This document shows positions 9,101 to 17,026 of a DNA stretch of 32,000 nt, one piece after another. A program made the translations under genes and the position numbers. Numbering within the stretch: position 1 is the stretch's first letter; each line of letters begins with the position of its first letter. Below the pieces are notes generated by a model, which saw only the letters and a program-made list of their open reading frames with translations, did no database searches and was not told the DNA's origin. Origin of the DNA: Candidatus Omnitrophota bacterium (GTDB lineage Bacteria; Omnitrophota; Gorgyraeia; 2-01-FULL-45-10); assembly GCA_023818895.1 (NCBI GenBank), contig JAMWCX010000001.1, forward strand, positions 269,789 through 301,788. Direction: 5' to 3'.

Positions 9101-10738
9101 CTATTTTTCGATCTCAATCTGATATAAATCCGAATAGGTGCCCGTAAGCCACATGTATTTACCATCCCAGGCTATTCCGGTAGTCATGTCGGCCGGCGAA
9201 TCAAAATACCCGGTTATCGCGCGTTTCTCCATATTTATCCTGTATACGCGTCGGCTGTACCAGCTCGACACCCAGAGATATTTACCGTCCCATGCCAGCT
9301 GATCCGGCTCGTGTATGCCCCTGAATGGCATGGTGGACACTATATTCAAGTCAGCGTCAAGTTCCACCAGGTCGAATTTCGTGCCGAGACCCCTCCTCCA
9401 GGTTACGACATAAAATCGCCTTCCGTCCCACGCCAGGCCGGCCGGATGCGCCGGCTCGAACGACGTTTCGGCTTCAGACGCAAGTCTGTCACCCTCCAGC
9501 CTTACCCTGTATATCTTTTTTGAGTACCATTCTGTGGTAAAAAGGGCTCCGTCCTCACGCCGTATCAGAGCTTCAGGAAAATCGGCGACTGGCTCAATCT
9601 CTCGTAAAACCTTCCCTGAAGATACATCAAGCACCCATATCTTTCCTTTTTCTCCGTTCGCAAGCCAAAGGTTTTCACCATCATAAAATAGCCCTTCGTG
9701 ATACCAGCGAGGTATTTCGATCTTACGCACAACCCTGGCGCTTATCTTTTTGCAATCGGCGGAAGGGCTAATATGTCTTGCCTCCGCGCCGGAAAAGAGC
9801 GCGAAAAAAAGAAGGATCGCGGCCAGACATCGCCAGAGGATTTTTCGCGGCACCCTTCCTAAGAGGTAATCACAAAAATAACAGTGGTCGGACGTCCTGC
9901 CGGGGAATCGCACCCCCGAGGATTCGAGTTTTTTGCGCACGCTGCTCAGGCCGTCGCAGAACACTGCCCGCACAAACCGGTTATTATGCGCCTTATTCAT
10001 TATATCTTTGGCGGTATCGCGTTTTATGTTGCCTATTGTCAGCTCGTCGCGCTCATTCGCATAACCGCAGCATGGTTTCACGTCTCCGTTTGGCATTATA
10101 AAAAAGACATTGCCGGGGCCTTTGCAAAAGTCTTCCTTAAACCATCTCCCATCCCATGGATCGCGCAGACGAAGCGCTTTTCCTACAGACGAAAAGTTGA
10201 CTTTTAGCTTTCTTATGAATATATCGCTTCGGCGCATGATTCTGTCAAGCGCCTTCAGTTTTTTCGCCGTAGCGGCATCGCGAACACCTGTTACATACGC
10301 GATTGAAACGATATCCGGCCTCCTCCACACAGCGACGGCTCTCTTTATGAAATACGCAAGTTTCTTTACGCTCTGATTGTGAAAAGCGTCCACACTGACG
10401 CAAATAGAACCGTCATATCCGGCGTCGCGCAGCTTGCAAAGCGCAATCTCGAGAGTGCGCCTGCTCCGCCACCATACGCCGTTAGTCATTACCCTGCCGA
10501 AGAGCAGTCCCTGCCTTACCGCCTCCTCTGTCACGGCGCACATGAAATCAATTTCAAGAAACGGCTCTCCGCCGGTAAAACCGACCCGCCTTACACCTAT
10601 CCTCCTGCAGCCGGAAAGAAATCCGGCTGCGAGGGAAGCTGCAAGCCGCTTCCCGGAGCGCCGGACGTCACAGTGCCCGCAGGCGAGGTTGCACCTGGCC
10701 GAAGGTGAAAAAAGGACTTCTGTCGGTCTGAAACGCAC
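9101..10738 (-). CDS. fusion protein: radical SAM enzyme with Cys-rich SPASM/twitch-like region, then a TM/signal-like helix, then a glutamine-cyclotransferase-like beta-propeller
   Basis: - The radical SAM part carries CNLACGHC (CxxxCxxC), FTGGEPF, and later Cys clusters PCCGY / FCDG / HCYFCDY.
- A hydrophobic stretch follows: RKILWRCLAAILLFFALFSGAEA.
- About 230 aa then carry four repeats of a G[LI]xxDGxxxW motif (EGLFYDGENLW, AGLAWDGRRFY, DQLAWDGKYLW, TGIAWDGKYMW).
- I place the start at GTG 10738, preceded by GAAGGATCC and 7 nt after the rubrerythrin stop.
- The ORF-track ATG at 10834 would overlap rubrerythrin by 89 nt. Confidence 0.8.
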   Translation of the reverse strand: MRFRPTEVLFSPSARCNLACGHCDVRRSGKRLAASLAAGFLSGCRRIGVRRVGFTGGEPFLEIDFMCAVTEEAVRQGLLFGRVMTNGVWWRSRRTLEIALCKLRDAGYDGSICVSVDAFHNQSVKKLAYFIKRAVAVWRRPDIVSIAYVTGVRDAATAKKLKALDRIMRRSDIFIRKLKVNFSSVGKALRLRDPWDGRWFKEDFCKGPGNVFFIMPNGDVKPCCGYANERDELTIGNIKRDTAKDIMNKAHNNRFVRAVFCDGLSSVRKKLESSGVRFPGRTSDHCYFCDYLLGRVPRKILWRCLAAILLFFALFSGAEARHISPSADCKKISARVVRKIEIPRWYHEGLFYDGENLWLANGEKGKIWVLDVSSGKVLREIEPVADFPEALIRREDGALFTTEWYSKKIYRVRLEGDRLASEAETSFEPAHPAGLAWDGRRFYVVTWRRGLGTKFDLVELDADLNIVSTMPFRGIHEPDQLAWDGKYLWVSSWYSRRVYRINMEKRAITGYFDSPADMTTGIAWDGKYMWLTGTYSDLYQIEIEK

Positions 10739-10745
10739 GGATCCT

Positions 10746-11324
10746 TCAGAAATTCTCCGCCAGCAGCTCGTAATAGCTCTGAGGATGCTTGCACGCAGGG
10801 CACTCTGCGGGCGCCTCTTTTCCCTCTGTGACATACCCGCAGTTTAGGCAATGCCATTTAACAGGTGATTTGCGCTTGAAGACCTCTTTTTTGGCGATAT
10901 TGTCGATGAGCCTTCTGTATCTCGACTCGTGGAACTTCTCGACCTTGCCTATCTGGTCAAAGGATCTGGCGATATCATCAAACCCCTCTTCTTTAGCGAC
11001 CTTGGCGAAGTCCGCATAGATAACCGTCCATTCCGTCTTTTCGCCTTCGGCGGCCGCCTCAAGGTTCGCCTTCGTATCTTTTATCGATCCGGCGGGATAA
11101 CCGGCGGTTATCGTAACTTCCCCTCCCTCAAGATATTTGAAGAAAACCTTCGCGTGTTCTTTTTCGTTCTCGGCGGTCTCTGTAAAGATATTCGCGATCT
11201 GCTCATACCCTTCTTTACGCGCGGCGCTTGCAAAGTACGTGTAACGATTCCGCGCCTGCGACTCGCCGGCAAAGGCGGTCAAGAGGTTCTTTTCTGTTTT
11301 AGTCCCTTTCAATGATTTCCCCAT
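10746..11324 (-). CDS. rbr: rubrerythrin
   Basis: Ferritin-like diiron domain (LLTAFAGESQARNRY...EKEHAK...) plus a C-terminal rubredoxin-like CLNCGY...CPACKHP. I place the start at ATG 11324 (MGKSLKG...) because AAGGAGGGTG lies 9 nt upstream. The ORF-track start at 11333 is a GTG. Confidence 0.95.
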   Translation of the reverse strand: MGKSLKGTKTEKNLLTAFAGESQARNRYTYFASAARKEGYEQIANIFTETAENEKEHAKVFFKYLEGGEVTITAGYPAGSIKDTKANLEAAAEGEKTEWTVIYADFAKVAKEEGFDDIARSFDQIGKVEKFHESRYRRLIDNIAKKEVFKRKSPVKWHCLNCGYVTEGKEAPAECPACKHPQSYYELLAENF

Positions 11325-11329
11325 GCTTC

Positions 11330-12763
11330 TCACCCTCCTTTTTTAAGATACTTATTTTCGACGAACGCGCCCCACCTGCGCTCAAACTCTTTTTCCGACA
11401 TCAGGAAGGCGTCGTCTATAGCGTTGACGGCGTGCTGCCCGCCGGCTATTTTTGAAAGAATATCCCGCAGCCCCGGCAGCCCCCATTCATCAACTATATA
11501 CTCGACCAGCGTATACGCCAGAACATAGTATAGCGCGATATCAGGTTTTGCGGCAGCGTCATCCCTAAAAGCGTTTTCCAGCAACCTCACGGATATGTCG
11601 CGTCCGCCCAGAACTTTTTCCGTGAGGTTAATAACCATCCCTGGCCTGGTCCATTTAATCTCTTCCCAAACCGCGATACCCTCTCCCAACCAGGCGGGAC
11701 AATTATTTTTCGTCTTCGCCGAAAGGACAGCATGTGTATACTCGTGGTAAAGGAAGCTGGCGAGTTCGTTTTTATCTGATGAGCCGTCAGGCAACGGTAT
11801 GCGCATATTCCCATCGTAAAAAGCCCTTACAATATTGGGCATTTTAAATATATTCTTGAAATTCTGTGTCGAATAAAAAAATACCGCTGTCTTTTGGTCA
11901 GGATAATAATCCAGGTCGCCGCCGATGTCAAGGTAGGCTCTTTCGAGAACGCTGCCGATAAAGCCTATATCTGCTGGAACATCTTTCTCAAGCCTTATAT
12001 CGAAGTGCGGAAGCCTATGCAACTGCTTGGATTTCGAAAGCGCTTCCTCATCTCTTACTTTCCGAAGCCTCTCGGCTATTTCCTTGTTTGCGGCGTCAAG
12101 TCGAAACGCTTTGCTGAAATAAAATTCAGCGGATGCCAGATCATTCCTTTTGTAGTACACATCACCGAGAAGCGAGTATACGCGGCTGTCTTCATGAGCG
12201 AGTGCCGCCTGCTTAAGAAGCAGTATGGCGGAGGTGTCTCTGCCGGCCTTATACTCTTCCAAGGCGTCATTATGAAGCGCTACGCTTAAGGCCTTGCTCG
12301 CCTTATCCGAACCTTCCGCCACCATCCGCGCCTTAACGAGGCTGTCCGTCGCGCCGAACCAATCCCGTCTACCTATGTCCGAAAGCGCTTTTTTGGCGTA
12401 TGTCAGGGCTAGATTCTGTGTGGTGTAGGTGTTATACGCTATCTGCTGGGCCTTCTCCATAAACCTTATCGCCTCATCGTACTTTTCGGCGCCGGCAAGA
12501 GTCTGGGCGTATCTTGAATATGCGTAGATTAGGCTGTCGCGTATATATTTATTTTCGGGGGAAGAGCGGTAAGCTTTCTCAAAATAATCTATGGCTTGCG
12601 CATACATACCCTTGTCAAGAAATCCTTCAGCCCTTCTCGCATACTCGAATGAGCCGGGTATCCGTTTTTCCGCGATACCGCCGTTCTTCAAAAAAACAAA
12701 AAATGTGACGATCATTACGCCAAGCGCGGACAGGAGGAATATCTTGAAACGGGCGCCAGTCAT
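11330..12763 (-). CDS. membrane-anchored TPR-repeat protein with C-terminal peptidase-MA-like (HExxH) domain
   Basis: 477 aa. N-terminal TM segment (FKIFLLSALGVMIVTFFVFL), several TPR-like repeats (YAQAIDYFEKAYRSSPEN..., YDEAIRFMEKAQ...), then LYHEYTHAVL...WLGEGIAVWEE, which is typical of the Peptidase_MA_2-type fold. Confidence 0.72.
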   Translation of the reverse strand: MTGARFKIFLLSALGVMIVTFFVFLKNGGIAEKRIPGSFEYARRAEGFLDKGMYAQAIDYFEKAYRSSPENKYIRDSLIYAYSRYAQTLAGAEKYDEAIRFMEKAQQIAYNTYTTQNLALTYAKKALSDIGRRDWFGATDSLVKARMVAEGSDKASKALSVALHNDALEEYKAGRDTSAILLLKQAALAHEDSRVYSLLGDVYYKRNDLASAEFYFSKAFRLDAANKEIAERLRKVRDEEALSKSKQLHRLPHFDIRLEKDVPADIGFIGSVLERAYLDIGGDLDYYPDQKTAVFFYSTQNFKNIFKMPNIVRAFYDGNMRIPLPDGSSDKNELASFLYHEYTHAVLSAKTKNNCPAWLGEGIAVWEEIKWTRPGMVINLTEKVLGGRDISVRLLENAFRDDAAAKPDIALYYVLAYTLVEYIVDEWGLPGLRDILSKIAGGQHAVNAIDDAFLMSEKEFERRWGAFVENKYLKKGG

Positions 12764-12778
12764 GACATGGAGATGCTT

Positions 12779-13708
12779 TTAGGAGGCCGTCACCAGGGCC
12801 TGAATGTCGGAAGAAGCCCCTATGTTCTTCACCTCAAGTTTCGGATCTATCTTCTTCGCAAGGCCCTTGAGGACCTGGCCGGGCCCTATCTCTAAAAGCG
12901 TATTGACTCCGCTGCGGGCCACCAGCCTTATCGATTCTTCCCATAGGGTTCTCGAATTGACCTGGGTTATTAGGTTTTCCTTTATCCTGGCCGGATCGGT
13001 CTGAGGCTTTGCGTCGACATTGCTTATGAACGCTATCTTCGGGGGGAGTATCTGTACCTTTTCTATGTACTCCTTAAGCTTGTCGCGCGCGCTCGTCATC
13101 AGCGAAGAGTGAAACGGGCCGCTTACATCAAGAATCAGAACACGTTTTGCTCCTTTGTCCTTGGCAAGGCTCGCGAAAAGTTCTATATTATTGGTCTTGC
13201 CTGAAACGACTATCTGGCCTGGGCAATTAAGGTTTGCTATTTCGCAGCCGAGCCCCTTGCAGAGATCCTCGACCGCTTTAAGATCCATCCCTACGACGCA
13301 AGCCATCTTCCCCGGATTCTTCCGTGAGGCTTCTTCCATGTACTCCCCGCGTTTTCTTACAAGCACGATAGCATCCTCAAATGACAGGCATCCGGCGGCC
13401 ACAAGCGCTGTGTATTCACCCAGGCTTAGGCCCAGACTGAATCTTGGCGTAAACTGCTGGTAGAGGCTGGAAGATTCAAAAGCTCGCAATGCCGCGACGC
13501 TAACCGTAAGAATGGCGGGCTGGCTGTTGCTGGTAGTCGAAAGTTCTTCCTGGGGCCCTTCGAAACATATCTTTTTAAGAGGAAACTTAAGTATCGATTC
13601 CGCCTTTTCAAACACCTCCTTCGCCTGTGGGGAATTTTCATAAAGGTCTTTACCCATACCCACGAACTGGGCGCCCTGTCCCGGAAATATGAATGCGGCA
13701 TCTACCAT
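12779..13708 (-). CDS. fabD: malonyl-CoA:ACP transacylase
   Basis: Motifs FIFPGQGAQ and the nucleophile elbow GLSLGEYTA. I place the start at ATG 13708 (MVDAAFIFPGQG). The ORF-track start at 13729 is a TTG that adds 7 atypical residues. The ATG overlaps the fabH stop (ATGGTAG). Confidence 0.95.
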   Translation of the reverse strand: MVDAAFIFPGQGAQFVGMGKDLYENSPQAKEVFEKAESILKFPLKKICFEGPQEELSTTSNSQPAILTVSVAALRAFESSSLYQQFTPRFSLGLSLGEYTALVAAGCLSFEDAIVLVRKRGEYMEEASRKNPGKMACVVGMDLKAVEDLCKGLGCEIANLNCPGQIVVSGKTNNIELFASLAKDKGAKRVLILDVSGPFHSSLMTSARDKLKEYIEKVQILPPKIAFISNVDAKPQTDPARIKENLITQVNSRTLWEESIRLVARSGVNTLLEIGPGQVLKGLAKKIDPKLEVKNIGASSDIQALVTAS

Positions 13709-14688
13709 TCTATGACTATCGCCCCCCAAGTTAACCCGCCTCCAAAAGCGTCCAAAAGTATCTTATCGCCCTTCCGTATCCTGCCCTCTTCGACGGCCTC
13801 AACCAGAGCGACTGCGCTTGACGCGGCCGACATATTGCCGTATTTTTCCAAGTTAAGATAGATTTTGTCTTCCGAAAGACCGATTCTTTTTGCCGCGGCA
13901 TTTAGTATCCTGACGTTCGCCTGATGGGGAATAACAAGATGTACATCCTCCGCCTTAAGGCCGAGAGGCCGTGTGGCCTCAAGCGCAGCATCCGCCATAA
14001 TGCGAACCGCGTGCTTGAACAGCTCGGATCCGTTCATCTTTATGAAATGAAGTTTTCCCTCAATGCTTTTAGCCGTAGCCGGTATCCTGGAGCCTCCTGC
14101 CGGCAGTTTTATGAGATCGCCCTGCTTGCCGTCGGCACCGAGGTATATCGAAAGGATGCCGCCCCGTTCAACCGGACCCAATACAGCAGCGCCGGCGCCG
14201 TCGCCGAAAAGCACGCACGTTGACCTGTCGCTCCAGTCAGTTATAGAAGAGAGCTTCTCCGCGGCTATCACAAGGGCGCGCTTGTAAACCCCGGAACTTA
14301 TAAACTGTTTTGCTATCGCCAAACCATATATGAAACCTGAGCAGGCGACGCTGATATCGAAGGCGGGGATTTGCCTTGCGCCTATTTTTTCCTGCACAAG
14401 GCAGGCCGTTGCCGGAAAGAACATGTCAGGCGTAATAGTCGCGACTATTATAAGGTCTATGTCTTCTGGTTTCAGCTTTGCGTCCGCCAGAGCCTTTTTG
14501 GCTGCCTCAGCAGCCATGTCGCTTGTCGCCTCGTCCTCGCGGGCTATCCGCCTCTGTCTTATTCCGGTCCTGGTGACTATCCACTCGTCAGTCGTATCGA
14601 CTATTTTCTCGAGGTCCTTATTTGTAAGGATCTTTTTAGGTAGATATTTACCAAGGCCGATTATTCCGACTTTCGCTGTCTCACACAT
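13702..14688 (-). CDS. fabH: 3-oxoacyl-ACP synthase III
   Basis: 328 aa. Active-site Cys in FDISVACSGFIYGL, plus the IPHQAN and GGGLTWGA motifs. Confidence 0.95.
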   Translation of the reverse strand: MCETAKVGIIGLGKYLPKKILTNKDLEKIVDTTDEWIVTRTGIRQRRIAREDEATSDMAAEAAKKALADAKLKPEDIDLIIVATITPDMFFPATACLVQEKIGARQIPAFDISVACSGFIYGLAIAKQFISSGVYKRALVIAAEKLSSITDWSDRSTCVLFGDGAGAAVLGPVERGGILSIYLGADGKQGDLIKLPAGGSRIPATAKSIEGKLHFIKMNGSELFKHAVRIMADAALEATRPLGLKAEDVHLVIPHQANVRILNAAAKRIGLSEDKIYLNLEKYGNMSAASSAVALVEAVEEGRIRKGDKILLDAFGGGLTWGAIVIEW

Positions 14689-14689
14689 A

Positions 14690-15679
14690 TCAGTATGTTT
14701 CCAACTCCTCCAAGATATGTTTATTAACGCTGTTGGTCTTGAACTCGCCCGCCACCCTTATGGCGTTCTTTATAGCCTTTGGATTCGAGGAACCGTGGCT
14801 GATGATACACCTTCCGTCCACCCCGAGAAGCGGCGCTCCTCCGTATTCGGCGTAGTCCATCTTTTTCTTAAGTGCGTTGAATGCTGACGAGGCGAGCGCG
14901 GCGCCTAAAGTGGCAATGAGGTTGGATTTTATTTCATTTTTAAGCGCCTTGACCAGCGTATCGATAATGCTTTCAGAAACCTTTAGTATCACGTTTCCGA
15001 CAAATCCGTCGCATAAAATTATATCGACATTCCCAGTGTATATATCGCGGCCCTCGATATTGCCGACAAAGTTGAGTTTGGATTCGCTCAGAAGGGTATG
15101 GGCCTCTTTAACAAATTCGGTACCCTTGGTCTCCTCCTCGCCCACGTTCAATAGTCCTACCTTAGGATTTTCTTTATGAAGGATATACTTACAGTACGCG
15201 TCTGCCATGATACCGTATTGAAAAAGATGCAGCGGTTTTGGATTTATATTGGCTCCCACGTCCATTATCACTGAAGTACCGAGTAGCGTCGGTATCACTA
15301 TGGCTATTCCGGGACGCTCTATCCCCGGCAGCATCCGCAATGAGAGCGTGGCCGCGCAGACTACCGCTCCCGTATTGCCCGCGCTGACAAAACCATCGGC
15401 CTCTTCACGCTTAACGATATCAAGACCTACAACTATAGACGACTTGCGTTTGCGGCGGACGGAAAGGGCGGCCGGCTCATCCATCTCGATCCGTTCCGGC
15501 GCGTGCAGTATTGATATCTTATTACTAACAGCTGTGTGTTTTTCGAGCTCTTTCTTTATCGCCGTCTCATCGCCTACAAGCAGCACTTCGCTACCGTATT
15601 CTTGAGCCGCCTGTAAAGCTCCCTCGACCTCAACGGCCGGCGCCTGATCGCTGCCCATCGCATCAACTACTATCCTCAT
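14690..15679 (-). CDS. plsX: phosphate acyltransferase PlsX
   Basis: 329 aa. MRIVVDAMGSDQAP N-terminus and PlsX-typical motifs (GNTGA, CDGFVGN). Classic rpmF-plsX-fabH context. Confidence 0.95.
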   Translation of the reverse strand: MRIVVDAMGSDQAPAVEVEGALQAAQEYGSEVLLVGDETAIKKELEKHTAVSNKISILHAPERIEMDEPAALSVRRKRKSSIVVGLDIVKREEADGFVSAGNTGAVVCAATLSLRMLPGIERPGIAIVIPTLLGTSVIMDVGANINPKPLHLFQYGIMADAYCKYILHKENPKVGLLNVGEEETKGTEFVKEAHTLLSESKLNFVGNIEGRDIYTGNVDIILCDGFVGNVILKVSESIIDTLVKALKNEIKSNLIATLGAALASSAFNALKKKMDYAEYGGAPLLGVDGRCIISHGSSNPKAIKNAIRVAGEFKTNSVNKHILEELETY

Positions 15680-15876
15680 TTCTTCTTCTCCTCGGCGGCC
15701 TCAATAGCGATAACAGGCTTGCCGTTATAATAACCGCAATGCGGACATATCTTGTGTGGCATCCTCGGCTTTTTGCATTGCGGGCAGATAGATAGACTGG
15801 AAACGCACAGCTTTGAGTTTGAGCTTCTTCTTTTGTCACGTCTTGCTTTTGAGTGCTTCCGTTTCGGATTCGGCAT
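15676..15876 (-). CDS. rpmF: 50S ribosomal protein L32
   Basis: 66 aa. MPNPKRKHSKARRDKRRS with a zinc ribbon CPQC...CPHCG. Confidence 0.95.
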   Translation of the reverse strand: MPNPKRKHSKARRDKRRSSNSKLCVSSLSICPQCKKPRMPHKICPHCGYYNGKPVIAIEAAEEKKK

Positions 15877-15877
15877 T

Positions 15878-17026
15878 TTATTTTACTCCTTTTATTATGT
15901 TGTATGTATCCCGAGCTATCAAGAGCTCTTCGTTGGTGGGGATCACCATGAACTTAGCTCGGGGCGGCACCACCTTTCTAAGGTCTTGGCTTATACGCTT
16001 TATTAGCCACGGATTATTCTCTCCTATGCCGGCTGTGAATATTATGGCATCTACTCCTCCCATCGCCGCATGATAGGCGCCTATACATTTCTCTATCCTG
16101 TAAATAAACATTTCTAAGGCGTGTTTTGCCCGCTTCGCCCGCTCTCCTTTTCCAGCCGCGGCGGCTCGTATATCACGCATGTCATTGCTTACGCCTGATA
16201 CACCCAGAAGCCCGCTCTGCTTGTTAAGGACATCGCTTATTTGCTCTGCGGAGAGATTCTCTTTCTCCATCATGTAAAACACCACCGCGGGATCGAGGTC
16301 GCCGGATCGTGTTCCCATCAGAAGCCCTTCGAGAGGCGTAAAACCCATAGTGGTATCGACGGATCGCCCGCTATCAACCGCCGCCATGCTGCAACCATTA
16401 CCCAGATGGCATGTTATAAGCTTTAAATCCCTCAATGGGCGCTTCAGAAGCCTTGAGGCCTCTTCAGCGACAAACCTGTGGCTTGTGCCGTGAAAACCGT
16501 ATTTACGTATGCCGTAAAGCTTATAGTATTTAAATGGCAAGCCGTACAAGAAAGCCTTTGCCGGCATCGTCTGATGAAACGAGGTATCAAAGACCGCCAC
16601 CTGGCTTACGCCTTTCAGTATCTTAGCGCAGGCGCGTATCCCGAGAAGCGCCGGCGGATTATGCAGAGGGGCAAGCTCGCTGTACTTTTCAATAGATCTT
16701 ATTACGCGCGGCGTAACAAGCGTCGAGGTCTTGAATTCCTCCCCGCCGTGGACAACGCGATGGCCGATGCCGCTTATCTGGTCCCGTGTCTTTATGGCGC
16801 CGTGTCGCCGGTCGGTCAGCGCGGTAACTATGATGTTTATAGCGACGTAATGATCGGAGCATAATATCTTTCGCCTTATAACATCTTCGCCGCGTTGATG
16901 TTTCAATTGTGAACCCGCCTGTCCTATGCGCTCAACAACGCCGCGGGCCAGCACGCGATGGTCAGAGACGTCAAAGAGCTGGTACTTCGCCGAAGAGCTT
17001 CCGCAATTTATGACTAATATTATCAT
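15878..17026 (-). CDS. ackA: acetate kinase
   Basis: 382 aa. ILVINCGSSSAKYQLF, GHRVVHGG and YGFHGTSH motifs. ATGA overlap with pta. Confidence 0.93.
   Translation of the reverse strand: MIILVINCGSSSAKYQLFDVSDHRVLARGVVERIGQAGSQLKHQRGEDVIRRKILCSDHYVAINIIVTALTDRRHGAIKTRDQISGIGHRVVHGGEEFKTSTLVTPRVIRSIEKYSELAPLHNPPALLGIRACAKILKGVSQVAVFDTSFHQTMPAKAFLYGLPFKYYKLYGIRKYGFHGTSHRFVAEEASRLLKRPLRDLKLITCHLGNGCSMAAVDSGRSVDTTMGFTPLEGLLMGTRSGDLDPAVVFYMMEKENLSAEQISDVLNKQSGLLGVSGVSNDMRDIRAAAAGKGERAKRAKHALEMFIYRIEKCIGAYHAAMGGVDAIIFTAGIGENNPWLIKRISQDLRKVVPPRAKFMVIPTNEELLIARDTYNIIKGVK

Noticed and set aside
10739-10834. ATG-initiated 5' extension of the radical SAM ORF (ORF-track start 10834).
   Set aside because: It would overlap the rubrerythrin coding end by 89 nt and add an Arg/Ser-rich tail. 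An in-frame GTG at 10738, with GAAGGA upstream and 7 nt after the rbr stop, gives the usual ~15 residues before CxxxCxxC.
9311-10857. A cluster of long ORFs (70-137 aa) in other frames, mostly on the plus strand, overlapping the radical SAM fusion gene and the rubrerythrin 3' end.
   Set aside because: All of them lie within or across strongly motif-supported minus-strand genes. They are Arg/Pro/Ser-rich and low in complexity, as expected for shadow frames of a GC-rich gene. No recognisable domains.
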